Shown: piece by piece, positions 48,701 to 58,043 of the stretch
Layout: every line of letters begins with the position of its first letter
Numbering within the stretch: position 1 is the stretch's first letter
Source of the DNA: a virus
DNA length: 64,000 bases
Direction: 5' to 3' (one strand)
Virus record (IMG/VR): IMGVR_UViG_3300032282_005862
Location: 34,630 to 98,629 of that record
Program-made: the position numbers and the translations under genes
Notes under the pieces: model-generated
Databases searched by the model: none
Told to the model about the DNA's origin: nothing
What the model saw: the letters and a program-made list of their open reading frames with translations, nothing else

Positions 48701-51700
48701 TCTAAGTATTGATATGCCGCAAGAACTCCCCCTATTGCAAGGCCTGCTCCTGCACCTATAGCAGTTCCTATTCCAGGAGCAGCACTTCCAATAAACGCTC
48801 CAGTTCCTGCGAATGCTAACGCTGTTTGAGCAGCGTTTACTCCTCTTTGCAATCCTTTATTATTTGGAGAAAATTGTGAAACAGTTGATAGTAGAATTGG
48901 AGCTAAAGCGGATAAAAGTAAAAATTTGTCGCCAGTCATAGATAAATTCTTATTAGCTTTATTTGCAGATTTTGATAAAGATTCTATAGATTGAGTTGCA
49001 ATTTTTTGTTGTCTAGCATTTTCAGCCATAGCCGCTGTATTAGCTTTCATTTGCGTTACTAATGGATCATCAGGTCTAATATATTCAGAAAATCCCCAAT
49101 TAGAATTAGCAAAATTTGGAATAAATCCATTTGCTGCACCAGCCATTTTAGCTTTAGATCCATATCTTTGTACTCCTTGACCAAGGCCCATTGGTTCATC
49201 TTTTGTATTATAAACTCCTAGACCAAGAGGATTTGCTGAAGATGTTAATCTTGAGTCTTTACCAATTCTTATTCTAGAGATAGATGTTCCCGCTGCGACT
49301 TCTCTTCCTATCGCACTATCTAATGCTGTAAAATTAGGAATAAATCCTGCAGCTGCATTTTTTCCACCAATTAAATTTAAAACTGAAACCATGCCTTCAG
49401 ATCTTAAAATTTTAAGTGCCATACTTTTTCTATTACCACCACTATCAGAACTTTTAAAATCTCCTGGAACTCCAGGCATTGCACCAGGAAAAAATAGACC
49501 TAAATCTCTTGGAATTCTTCCTACATCAAATCCACCTCCAAGTCCAGCTTTGACACTACGACCAAATGCAGATCTAAAAGCAGACTCAAATATTCCTCCA
49601 ATTGTTCCTTCTACTGATCCAGCAAGTCCTTCAGATTCATGTTTTGCTTGTTCAATTGTTTTTGGTAAATCAATCGGAGGATTTAATTGTCTTGTTTTAT
49701 AAATACTTGTTGCAAAATTCTCAATAGAAGAATCTATAACTTTATCTAAATTTTTTCTTAAATCCGTTAACTTAAATCCAGCAGAATTTTGATTAAATGG
49801 AATTACTGGAAAATTAACATCCACATTTCCTTTAGGAGTATTAAATGTATATCCTTGTTTTCTTTCATAACGATTTAATGCTAGTAATGGAGAGTTAGAG
49901 AATATGGGAGGAATAAGATAACTTCCTGATTTTTCTTTTTCTTTTAAAAGATTTTTTTCTGCAGTATTTAAATATCCAGCTGCTCTAGCTTCTTCTGAAG
50001 TTATAACTTTTGATTTGATTGCATAAGGTATTTGAGAAGCTGAAAATCTTCTATTACCAATCATATAATCTGCAAAATTAGGAATAAATCCACCAGACGC
50101 ATAAGGATTAAATCCATGCGCTCCAATAAATTCTTTTTGATAATTTTTTCCAGCTGCACTTCCTTGTGGAGGCATAATGGCTGGTTGACTCATTCCTGGA
50201 AAATTTTTAACTGTTTCTGCGGTATTATATGTTATATTTCCTTGTCCAGGTATATTCATTTGACGAACACTTCCTGGTACATATCCACCAGCTAATGCTC
50301 CATAAATTTCTGAAGCACTAAAATTAGGTATAAATCCTCCACTTTTTGCTTTTAAAGTCCCACCTTTAGTTGAAACTCCTCTTACAAGTAAACCTTCTGT
50401 TACTGCAGCTGAAACAGCAGCAGCTCTTTCTCTTTCTAATGTTTGTTGGCGAATGATTTGTAAAATATTATTCTCTACATCTAGGACACTAATTTGTCTA
50501 TTATATATTGCGCTTATTAAATTAGGTTCTTGGGCTAATATTTGATTAATTTTAGTTTGTATTTGTGCTCTTTGATCTGCTTGAGTATTTATATTTAATA
50601 ATGTTTGAATTGATTGAGAAGCAAATTTTGCTAAATTTAAAAATAATTTTCCAAAAACTGCAGTAACTAATACTACTCCAGGACCACTTATAAATGACCC
50701 AAGTCCCTCTAATACTCCTTTCGCTATTTTACCTCCAGTTGAATTACTGTCGGTAGATAATGATTCTAGTCCTTTATTTAATAGATTTAAAGTATTTGTA
50801 AGAGTTGGAGCTAACGTAATATTTCCTACCTCAGAACCCACTTTAGTTAAGTTAACAAAAGTTTTATTTACTAATGCTGATAATGTTTGATTTAATTTTT
50901 CATTTCTTATAATAGCTTCATCTGTAGAAGATCCAGCTGTATCTAATGCATTTTTATATACAGAATATTGTTTGTTTAAATCCCCCAAAGCTGCTTTTAA
51001 AATATTAATTTGAAATACACCACCAACCAATTCTGCTGTTTGAGATTTTTGAGCATCTCCTAAACTATCATATGTTTTAGCCAAATTACTTAAAATTTGT
51101 ATTGCTGGTAAAGTATTATCTTCAGTATCTCTTACTTGAATTCCTAATCTTTCTAATTGATCTAGAACAGAAGTTCTTTCTAATCTTGTAAAAATAGTCT
51201 TTAAAGAATTTCCAATAACTGCTCCACCTCTAGCAGTAGTTTGTTGCACGCTTGTTACAATTGCTAATAATTGATCGAAACTAACTCCTGCGTCAGTTGC
51301 AGACGAACCAACTCGTTTAATTGCTTCTGCAAGATCGCCACTACTTACTGCAAATGCTGCGTCAACATTAGCTAATTTATTAATTACGGCAGTTGAATCT
51401 AAACCCGCTTTATTAAAACTATTAAGAGTAGCAGTTAAAGCTTCTACAGAACTAATAGTATCTAAACCGCTTAAACGTGTTAATATCAGTGCGTCTTTTG
51501 TTCTTTTTAAAGTTTCTTCTAATGTTAGACCTTGTCTTGCAAATTCTGTTGCAGCTTGAGCTACTGTATCGAAAGATTGAGCTGTATTTTTAGCAATATC
51601 AAATAAACTATTCCCAAATCTTTGTAAATTAGAAGAATTGGTATTTAAAATAACATTAATATCAGTTAATGATTTTTGTACATCTATTGTACTTTTAACT

Positions 51701-51951
51701 AATGATGTAAAAGCTTTTTCTACGGAATATATTAAACCTGCACTCGCACCGAATGCAATAACACGCGCATTTGATGCATCTAATGATTTTTGGAATTCAT
51801 TAGCAGCCCCAGTAATACGCCCAAGAGGTTGGGTAAAGGCTTTTTCACTAAATCCTTTGAATTTAAAATCACGCGCCAAAGCGCTCTGAATATCTCTTTC
51901 GAGCTGCCTTGTATCTGCACCTACTGAAATTGTAGCCGAAGTTTTAGCCAT
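45727..51951 (-). CDS. tail tape measure protein (2074 aa)
   Basis: N-terminal TP901-type TMP domain (AATEFARQG, TARGGAVIGNSLKTIFTR). Long helical Ala/Gly-rich body. C-terminal DDVPAML..GE.V modules and QQRPGGLL. Confidence 0.92.
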   Translation of the reverse strand: MAKTSATISVGADTRQLERDIQSALARDFKFKGFSEKAFTQPLGRITGAANEFQKSLDASNARVIAFGASAGLIYSVEKAFTSLVKSTIDVQKSLTDINVILNTNSSNLQRFGNSLFDIAKNTAQSFDTVAQAATEFARQGLTLEETLKRTKDALILTRLSGLDTISSVEALTATLNSFNKAGLDSTAVINKLANVDAAFAVSSGDLAEAIKRVGSSATDAGVSFDQLLAIVTSVQQTTARGGAVIGNSLKTIFTRLERTSVLDQLERLGIQVRDTEDNTLPAIQILSNLAKTYDSLGDAQKSQTAELVGGVFQINILKAALGDLNKQYSVYKNALDTAGSSTDEAIIRNEKLNQTLSALVNKTFVNLTKVGSEVGNITLAPTLTNTLNLLNKGLESLSTDSNSTGGKIAKGVLEGLGSFISGPGVVLVTAVFGKLFLNLAKFASQSIQTLLNINTQADQRAQIQTKINQILAQEPNLISAIYNRQISVLDVENNILQIIRQQTLERERAAAVSAAVTEGLLVRGVSTKGGTLKAKSGGFIPNFSASEIYGALAGGYVPGSVRQMNIPGQGNITYNTAETVKNFPGMSQPAIMPPQGSAAGKNYQKEFIGAHGFNPYASGGFIPNFADYMIGNRRFSASQIPYAIKSKVITSEEARAAGYLNTAEKNLLKEKEKSGSYLIPPIFSNSPLLALNRYERKQGYTFNTPKGNVDVNFPVIPFNQNSAGFKLTDLRKNLDKVIDSSIENFATSIYKTRQLNPPIDLPKTIEQAKHESEGLAGSVEGTIGGIFESAFRSAFGRSVKAGLGGGFDVGRIPRDLGLFFPGAMPGVPGDFKSSDSGGNRKSMALKILRSEGMVSVLNLIGGKNAAAGFIPNFTALDSAIGREVAAGTSISRIRIGKDSRLTSSANPLGLGVYNTKDEPMGLGQGVQRYGSKAKMAGAANGFIPNFANSNWGFSEYIRPDDPLVTQMKANTAAMAENARQQKIATQSIESLSKSANKANKNLSMTGDKFLLLSALAPILLSTVSQFSPNNKGLQRGVNAAQTALAFAGTGAFIGSAAPGIGTAIGAGAGLAIGGVLAAYQYLEDIKSEDFKNKMVEYEKLKDEFNSTQNAVQQLLPTIEEYKNVQISNVDEITKKARLDLLRDKIIEVTSQLPEEIGTKIIEGFNAGELDKIPDLINQGLFGKSAELIEKEAVTFLEGLKLEGQKPGDTEKIAKILTGGINPATGRGFVSQFLETKGGREKASEIVDQLAALRRGQTISIGGVQVGGGGGPIIEKNIFGTQQLTKGGAAKLSAIFSALDPIYSSTVEGQKYFEDIKNEAKNIALSTGDENKVLDFIINNLQKRLALSQQALKLEEINVVDAKSFAASFAKGQLTREKINKYLEQQAKLEENQPAYMIGAEFENLLTSVDKEVLNFESRDKIQKDLINGQKDLANQYLKGKIDYDEYLGALKSLKESSILLDKRQRGQLFAEDFRTGRQTQRESRILNKQTKIGDFSQAFFDEFDNRSEDSYRQAQLGAADTARTIKSEFNNAFLSFANGTATASDAFTKMALNISDKIQQLALEFSTNLIFGKLFGSTSNIFGGGGGGLFGSLFGKSQGGLIKGYSTGGHVFGGSGSKDDVPAMLSQGEYVVRKNAVKKYGLEYLQMLNEGKVDKKFAGGAAALLVAGLSQAIKTNPTNNSPFTGVASLMISNKNKNNKFLKYGGIIQGFAEGGFANFLGNAISSTGASNLIGNTVSTLNNKKAYADYAIAQNNASGLKGWGKTLNLWTNLIQGGRTNWQIPSSESSYGSTSSFLRPRMFNDGQEFNFGGRVQKFADGGESKFLGENVYRYNDPLNPTGGQNIIDPRLSLQAILDQNNPQNRIRQERERVLYDYLNYVAGVNESNRRSLEENIRVNQEIQNQYNTQKSAKSRGAYMSFGLGLASAGLGFLAKGGEVKKFASGGSSEDDVPALLMGGEFVMKKEAVNMYGKKFFDDLNAGRAKKFADGGAVGNVVDGTGSTNYSPTSNVNVTINLNQENVISEKSETNTSANNQEEANRTKMLAEQVKTQVMRVITEQQRPGGLLSSSVYSKKR

Positions 51952-51982
51952 TCCTTATTCCTTTAACTATAAGGAATTACAC
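51951..51982 (-). promoter_or_regulatory. GTGTAA motif plus 8-bp leader hairpin covering the TMP SD and start
   Basis: GTGTAA-TTCCTTAT-agttaaagga-ATAAGGAA(TG). Confidence 0.5.
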
Positions 51983-52013
51983 GAAATATTATTAATTATG
52001 ATAGTATTAGCTA

Positions 52014-53024
52014 TTAAACTCCATGCATTTTCATTAGATCTTGCATGGTCAAAACTCCGCCTTTTTTCTCTGCTTCTTGATGTAAACTTATAGCATTTTC
52101 ATCTTTTCTAATCTTATCTAAATCTTCTTTTTTAGCACCTACGATGGAGGTAGCTATTGCGCCTTCAGTACCTTTATGATTTTCTTCTGTTTTATTAAGT
52201 ACTTCTTCTACATTTTTGCTACTTTCTAGCCATTCTATTAGTTTTTCTGGATCTTCAAAATATTCATCAGCTGGTTTATTTTTTGCTTCAGATAAAGCAT
52301 TTTTAAAATATTTAGCATAACCAAATACTTCCATTTGATAAAAAGTTAAATAAACTATAGGTTTTCCATATAAATTATAAGCGCTATCTGAAGATAGATT
52401 ATATAAACTAAGATAATAAGAAGATAAGGCTATCTTTTTAAGATTAATTTCTATAAAATTTTTATTAATATTATTATATATATTTAATATATCAGATAAA
52501 TCCTTATTTTCTAATTCATCAAATTGCTCTTCTGAAAAGAACTTTTCTTTTAAATTTTTATCCTTATATAATGTATTAAACATGTAATATTCATTAATTT
52601 TTTTATTAGCATAGTCTTCTACTGTAAAACCTAATAATTCTTTTCTTTCGGAGGTTAATTCAATTAATTTTAAATTTTCTTCATTAATTTTCTTATTTAT
52701 TTCATTAATATCATCACTTTTAAATAATTTAGATTTAGTTTGTTTTAATCCAGATATTGAATATTTTATATTTTTAATTTGTTCATTTTTATCTTCTGAC
52801 CATAACTCTTCACCGATTAAATATTTTTCTTTTTCAATTTCTGTTGGTAATCCATTTTTTTTAGCTTTCTCAATAAATTCCTGCCTAAGATGATCTATAT
52901 CTCCAGAATCAAAACTGGTGTTATGCTTAAAATATAATTTATTATTTTTATAATAAGCTAAACTATAGCCTTTTAATATATCAACAAAAAGTAATCTTAA
53001 TTGAGCTTTTTCTTGAGTTTGCAC
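52014..53024 (-). CDS. hypothetical protein, probable tail assembly chaperone
   Basis: Charged helical protein directly upstream of the TMP gene. Confidence 0.5.
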   Translation of the reverse strand: MQTQEKAQLRLLFVDILKGYSLAYYKNNKLYFKHNTSFDSGDIDHLRQEFIEKAKKNGLPTEIEKEKYLIGEELWSEDKNEQIKNIKYSISGLKQTKSKLFKSDDINEINKKINEENLKLIELTSERKELLGFTVEDYANKKINEYYMFNTLYKDKNLKEKFFSEEQFDELENKDLSDILNIYNNINKNFIEINLKKIALSSYYLSLYNLSSDSAYNLYGKPIVYLTFYQMEVFGYAKYFKNALSEAKNKPADEYFEDPEKLIEWLESSKNVEEVLNKTEENHKGTEGAIATSIVGAKKEDLDKIRKDENAISLHQEAEKKGGVLTMQDLMKMHGV

Positions 53025-53039
53025 TCACGTTTACCTTAA

Positions 53040-53789
53040 TTATTTATCACTTTTTTGCATTAAATTCAAAAGTTTTTCAAATTCTTCTTGAGTAGCAGCT
53101 CTTCCAATATACCAAAAACTGATTAAATAAAGTAGTTTTTGTAATGCTGTTTTTTCTAGAACATTATCGGACTCTTCAATTTCATCATATCTTTTAAGCT
53201 TTTCTTCATAAGAATTACCTATAAATAGTTCTTTTAACTTTTTATCTTCGCCCTCAATAAGACTAAGTTGAAGTACCCACCACATAATAGTTTTATTTCT
53301 AGCTCTATTTTCCGCAGTTTGCTCAAATAAATTTGCTTGAGCCATTTCATATTTTTGCAATCTTTCTCTTGCTGCAGTCATTTTTTCTATGATATTTTGA
53401 ACTTCTTTTTTCTCTTCTGGTGAACGTATAGCCTCTTCTTTAATTGATAATTTTTGAAAATCACCTTGAAGATTAAAAAAATCTACATATAAATCATTAT
53501 ATTCTTTTTGCTCTTCGTCACTTAGAACTCCACCATCATTATTAAATCTTTTAGCAAGTAGTGCGCGAGTCAATAATCCAGCTTTAATACCTTCTGAAAG
53601 TCTAACTCCATAAAACAATTCGGCTTCATCAAAAAGACTTCTTGTTGGTTTTTTAATTCCTAATTTAACTGGAATTGTACTTTTAACTTTAGAAGTTACC
53701 TTTACTTCTTCTCCTTTTTCATTAATAGAAACATCTACTTTTTCAATCTCTTTTTCTTGATAGATATCAAATTCAAACATTGTTTTCAT
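53040..53789 (-). CDS. hypothetical protein, probable tail assembly chaperone
   Basis: Charged helical protein between the tube and TMP genes. Confidence 0.5.
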   Translation of the reverse strand: MKTMFEFDIYQEKEIEKVDVSINEKGEEVKVTSKVKSTIPVKLGIKKPTRSLFDEAELFYGVRLSEGIKAGLLTRALLAKRFNNDGGVLSDEEQKEYNDLYVDFFNLQGDFQKLSIKEEAIRSPEEKKEVQNIIEKMTAARERLQKYEMAQANLFEQTAENRARNKTIMWWVLQLSLIEGEDKKLKELFIGNSYEEKLKRYDEIEESDNVLEKTALQKLLYLISFWYIGRAATQEEFEKLLNLMQKSDK

Positions 53790-54061
53790 ATTTTTTCTCC
53801 ATTATTATTAATCAAATCTTGTAAATAGCTTTTAATTTTACCATAATAAACTACTCCACCAATTGTTTTAATAAATTGATGTTTTTTATTATCATCCCAA
53901 TTTTGATAGTTTCTAATAAAATTAGGATTTTTAAATGTTGTTAAACTTGGCGTTAAGATTCCAAAATTATCCTTTAAGCTTTTTTGTATGCTTTGAACAG
54001 AAAGATTTCCTTTAATTATTTCATCTATAGGAAAGTTATAATTTAATCTTTTTGTTTTCAT
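53786..54061 (-). CDS. hypothetical protein
   Basis: 91-aa ORF with ATGA overlaps. Confidence 0.6.
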   Translation of the reverse strand: MKTKRLNYNFPIDEIIKGNLSVQSIQKSLKDNFGILTPSLTTFKNPNFIRNYQNWDDNKKHQFIKTIGGVVYYGKIKSYLQDLINNNGEKI

Positions 54062-54282
54062 TTTAGTGTTATGTTTATTTTACTGAAACTTTCTTCAATC
54101 TCTCTTACTGCATCATTAGCATTATCGAGGACTCTTTTACGAATTTTTTGATAAGTTTCATCATTTATATTATAGCCAGAATCGGATAAATCTTCAAGAA
54201 TAAAAAAGAAATTCTTATATATGTTTGTAATTTTTCTCTTTATCTGAAAAAGAGTAATATCTTTTATAGGATCGTTTTCCAT
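54058..54282 (-). CDS. hypothetical protein
   Basis: 74-aa ORF. GTGTAA at 54322-54327 upstream. Confidence 0.6.
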   Translation of the reverse strand: MENDPIKDITLFQIKRKITNIYKNFFFILEDLSDSGYNINDETYQKIRKRVLDNANDAVREIEESFSKINITLK

Positions 54283-54328
54283 AATCTTTTACCTTTATTT
54301 TAACCTTTAACCTACAATCTATTACACC

Positions 54329-54362
54329 AAAAAATAACCCCCGCATAAGCGAGGGTTATTTT
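54329..54362 (-). terminator. intrinsic terminator after the major tail gene
   Basis: AATAACCCTCGC-TTAT-GCGGGGGTTATT followed by a U-tract on the minus strand. Confidence 0.85.
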
Positions 54363-54382
54363 AATTTTAACTAAATTATATA

Positions 54383-55540
54383 TTAAACTAATCCGCTAAT
54401 ATATAATCCACGAAGTGTATCTTGTGGGCCTCCAACTTGAGCGCTAAATGTTAGAGTTACTGTCTTATTCTTACCGATATCAGAACTGAACTCTTGACTA
54501 TTTAACTTGGCACCTTTTAATTTATATTGAGCAACTGTTCTTGCTGTTGTTTTATCGCAAGCAGGCTCTTTGATTGTTATAATTGGAGTATAGGTTGTTG
54601 AATCATCACAAACTAGATCAGCAATATTTCCAGCAACAATATCTGTAACTTGTGCATCAACACTTAGATTTACAGAGAGTGGGAAATTGATTGGTCTTGT
54701 GAATGCAAATCTACTTCCTAATCTTTGAATTGGAGTACGAGCCAAATCAAATGTTAAGCTATAGCTTTGAATATTCATTGTTGTAACATCTGCTCCACCA
54801 CCAGTTGTTTGAGGTACTGTTAGAGTAATATCTCCTGGGCGCAAAGCACTAATTCCACTTGCTACACTTGTTCCCATATTTTGGACTGTGAGTGGCAATT
54901 GGTAGTAATTTGATAATGCAGAACCATCTGTTGGATTAACTGCTGGAACATAATTTCCGCTCAAGGCTTTTTGGAAATTCATATTCAAACCTTCAACTTT
55001 AATTGTTGTGGTTGGGAAGTTTCCTACAGAACCTTCTGTTGCATAAGAACTAACAAATCCGTTACCGATTCCGATAACTCCGTTATTTCCAGATGTTGAA
55101 TCTGAATAACCAACTGCATCGTTACCTTCTGGTACTGTACGGATGAAATAGTTTCTTTCGTCTTGTGTACCATTTAAAATTCCAGAAATAGCTGAAACTT
55201 CAGTTGTATCTCCAGCTTGTGAAATTGTGAATCCTAAATTGTTTTCATTAGCAAGATTTGCCAAGATATAACTAAAATCAAGATTAACTGTTGGATTTGT
55301 TAAGATAACACGATCAATAGCTGCCAATTGACCAAATTGATTTACATCAGTACGATCTACTGCAAAGCTATAATTAGCTGTTTGAATTCTTTGAAGTTGT
55401 TTTACTAAATTAGTATTTGCATTTGGTACATTTGAACTTCCACCTTGTCCAGGTGTAAAAGTTCCATAATGATATCCTGTGGCTGGTGATGGACCAGCAT
55501 ATAAAGCTTCAGATTGATAAATTATACGATTTCTTGCCAT
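54383..55540 (-). CDS. major tail tube protein (putative)
   Basis: Beta-rich T/S/G/N composition, GGAG SD, own terminator, located between neck genes and TMP. GTGTAA at 55566-55571. Confidence 0.72.
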   Translation of the reverse strand: MARNRIIYQSEALYAGPSPATGYHYGTFTPGQGGSSNVPNANTNLVKQLQRIQTANYSFAVDRTDVNQFGQLAAIDRVILTNPTVNLDFSYILANLANENNLGFTISQAGDTTEVSAISGILNGTQDERNYFIRTVPEGNDAVGYSDSTSGNNGVIGIGNGFVSSYATEGSVGNFPTTTIKVEGLNMNFQKALSGNYVPAVNPTDGSALSNYYQLPLTVQNMGTSVASGISALRPGDITLTVPQTTGGGADVTTMNIQSYSLTFDLARTPIQRLGSRFAFTRPINFPLSVNLSVDAQVTDIVAGNIADLVCDDSTTYTPIITIKEPACDKTTARTVAQYKLKGAKLNSQEFSSDIGKNKTVTLTFSAQVGGPQDTLRGLYISGLV

Positions 55541-55598
55541 ATTATTTGTTCTCCATTTATTGTTATTACACCTTATTTTTTATTTTTTTCTTCTTTTT

Positions 55599-56471
55599 TT
55601 ACCCTTCTCTAGGGTGTCTATTTTTAATTATTTCAAAATCAACAAAAGCTGAATATACATGTCTATTTAAGCTATTTGTGCCTTGTAATAATCTTGTGTC
55701 AGTTTTACTAACATTTACATCATTAATATATGAATAATCATAATCAACAATTTTACCAGTAATATGCTCAATATAATTAAAACATCCTTCTGGATCAATA
55801 ATACTTCCTAATGAATTAAATGGCATATCTTCTGGATATAATAATGGCACATTTTGACGTACAGAGTCTTTCATTATACTTGTAACAGCATCTAAATTAA
55901 ATACGCTATCAGCCATAATGATTGCTCTTACATTACTAACAGTTTGATCCATGCCACCAAATGCAAATGGTTTATTTTTGCCACCTTGATATTTTAAATA
56001 TATAATAGGATAAGTATTAGCATTAACTGGTAATCCAGTTGGATTTTGATATGTTTTTGGATTTACTTCATATGCTGTTTCAAATAATAAAAATTCTTCT
56101 GGTTTACTAGTTAAATATATATTAAAATCTTTAACTGCATAATTTCCACTTAAAGCTATAGTAGGATTAGTAATTGGTTGAGTAAAATATAATTGTCCTT
56201 CTTGAGGATTTATACCGCTTAAAGTATTTTGACCTGGAGTAGTAAAAACTCCACTTACGTATACTCCGCTTATAATACTGGCACCACTTACAGAACAATC
56301 TATTACCATTTGTTTGAATGGTGCTCCATAAGTATAATATCCATAATACATATTTGGTACTTGATAAAATACGCTTTGATAATTAGTATAAGCTTGACCC
56401 CTGGTTAAGATTTTATTATCTAACCAAAAAAGCATACTCGTCATTAAGATATTATCGTATTGTGGTAGCAT
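55599..56471 (-). CDS. putative tail terminator / neck protein
   Basis: Synteny (just upstream of the tube gene). YPIIYL motif. Confidence 0.5.
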   Translation of the reverse strand: MLPQYDNILMTSMLFWLDNKILTRGQAYTNYQSVFYQVPNMYYGYYTYGAPFKQMVIDCSVSGASIISGVYVSGVFTTPGQNTLSGINPQEGQLYFTQPITNPTIALSGNYAVKDFNIYLTSKPEEFLLFETAYEVNPKTYQNPTGLPVNANTYPIIYLKYQGGKNKPFAFGGMDQTVSNVRAIIMADSVFNLDAVTSIMKDSVRQNVPLLYPEDMPFNSLGSIIDPEGCFNYIEHITGKIVDYDYSYINDVNVSKTDTRLLQGTNSLNRHVYSAFVDFEIIKNRHPREG

Positions 56472-56472
56472 A

Positions 56473-57060
56473 TTATTTTAAACTTTTTATGAATTTATTA
56501 TATAATTCACTCATATATTTTACTGGTCTATAGTTAAGAGATCTAACTTTATTTTTAGATTGTATGCCATGTTTAGATCTGCTTTGCTTGAACATTCCAT
56601 AAACATAATAACCAAAACCAGAAATTCCATCTTCAATTCCCTTAACCCAACTAATTCCACCTTCAAATGGTAATGGAGTTGCAGATTTTATTTCATCTAA
56701 TGAAGGAGTAGTAACGTTGAATTTTAATTCAAGTTTTTCTTCGTCAAAAATAGATTTTCTATCTAAAGAAGTATTATCTTTTATAAAGTCAGTCAATTCT
56801 TTAACTGGTTTTCTATTAACATCAAAACCAATAAAAGCAAATAAATTTTCTTTTCCATCTAAAGTATCACTTAAATTTTCTCCCTCTGGACCCTCTTCTA
56901 ATTCTTTCGAGACTGGATGATTTTCAATTCCATTAATGTATTTATTTTTATTTTCCTCTAAAATTTCTCTAGCTAAACTAAGACCTTGTTGTTCGATTGC
57001 TCTTTTATAGCTATTTGAAATTTCTTTTTTAACTTGATTAAAATTAATTTTACTTGCCAT
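56473..57060 (-). CDS. putative neck / tail completion protein
   Basis: Synteny. SWVKGIEDGISG. Confidence 0.45.
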   Translation of the reverse strand: MASKINFNQVKKEISNSYKRAIEQQGLSLAREILEENKNKYINGIENHPVSKELEEGPEGENLSDTLDGKENLFAFIGFDVNRKPVKELTDFIKDNTSLDRKSIFDEEKLELKFNVTTPSLDEIKSATPLPFEGGISWVKGIEDGISGFGYYVYGMFKQSRSKHGIQSKNKVRSLNYRPVKYMSELYNKFIKSLK

Positions 57061-57061
57061 A

Positions 57062-57502
57062 TTATTTTGCCTGTTCTAATCCATAAATATAATATTTTTT
57101 ATCCAAATATACTTTAGTAACGTCTTCAGTAATAACATTCCATGATTTTCCATCAAATTCTACTTTTAAAGTTCTTCCGTTTGCTATAAAATCTCTTGCT
57201 GGTTGTTTGACTTTTAATGTGACATCCCCTCGTGCAAAAACCAATTTTAATTCACTATTTACAGCATCTACATCTCTTGCGTTATTATAATATATTCTTC
57301 CTCTAAAAACTCCTGTTACAGGTATATAGGTATAATTTACTGCATCAGATGCACCACCATATCCATATAAAGTTGGACTTTGAATTTGATTAATAACTTG
57401 TATTGGATCTTTATGTACTACAAATTCTCTTGAAAAATAATCAAAAAATTGATCATATTCTTGAGAAAATCCCGCTGCAACATCTGAAGGAATATAGCTC
57501 AT
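57062..57502 (-). CDS. putative head-closure protein
   Basis: Synteny. Beta-rich, VEFDGKSWNV. Confidence 0.5.
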   Translation of the reverse strand: MSYIPSDVAAGFSQEYDQFFDYFSREFVVHKDPIQVINQIQSPTLYGYGGASDAVNYTYIPVTGVFRGRIYYNNARDVDAVNSELKLVFARGDVTLKVKQPARDFIANGRTLKVEFDGKSWNVITEDVTKVYLDKKYYIYGLEQAK

Positions 57503-57504
57503 AA

Positions 57505-58014
57505 TTATGACGCATAGTAAATCGTTCTGATATAATATAATGGCTCTTTCTCAAATTTATAGTTGCCAGCTTCTGTATCATCGCCAGCTACTTGTAATGG
57601 AGAAGAGTTATTAAGTTTATATTGATAAACTAATTGCTTTAATTCTTCGTATTCTTGTTTACGTATCATATAGAAATTTCTTAATACTTCATTTTTATTT
57701 AATTTTTGAACACTGGCGATATCATCTTTTATCACAATATAATCATTAATTGCTAAACTTCCAGTACTTTTAATTTTAATATCAAAAAAATAAATTGAAT
57801 ACATTTTTTTAAATATGTATTTTTCTATATCTGAAAGATTAGGACTTATTTCTAATGTCGTATCATCAATTAAATAGGAATTATTTAATAAATTACCTAG
57901 ACCACCAATATTTCTTCTTACCCATGCAGCGATAGCAGCTATACTTAAATCTGATGGTTCGCCTATTTCTTCATATATTTCTTGTGCAATAGATGTTACA
58001 GTATTAATGATCAT
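57505..58014 (-). CDS. putative head-tail adaptor protein
   Basis: Synteny. Helical. GTGTAA at 58023-58028. Confidence 0.45.
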   Translation of the reverse strand: MIINTVTSIAQEIYEEIGEPSDLSIAAIAAWVRRNIGGLGNLLNNSYLIDDTTLEISPNLSDIEKYIFKKMYSIYFFDIKIKSTGSLAINDYIVIKDDIASVQKLNKNEVLRNFYMIRKQEYEELKQLVYQYKLNNSSPLQVAGDDTEAGNYKFEKEPLYYIRTIYYAS

Positions 58015-58043
58015 ACCTTAAATTACACTTTAAATATAATAAT

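Noticed and set aside
53024-53070. Programmed frameshift or readthrough joining the two putative tail chaperone genes (lambda G/GT style)
   Set aside because: The A6G run is not in X-XXY-YYZ phase, and the two ORFs are in the same frame separated by three stops (TAA, TAA, TGA).
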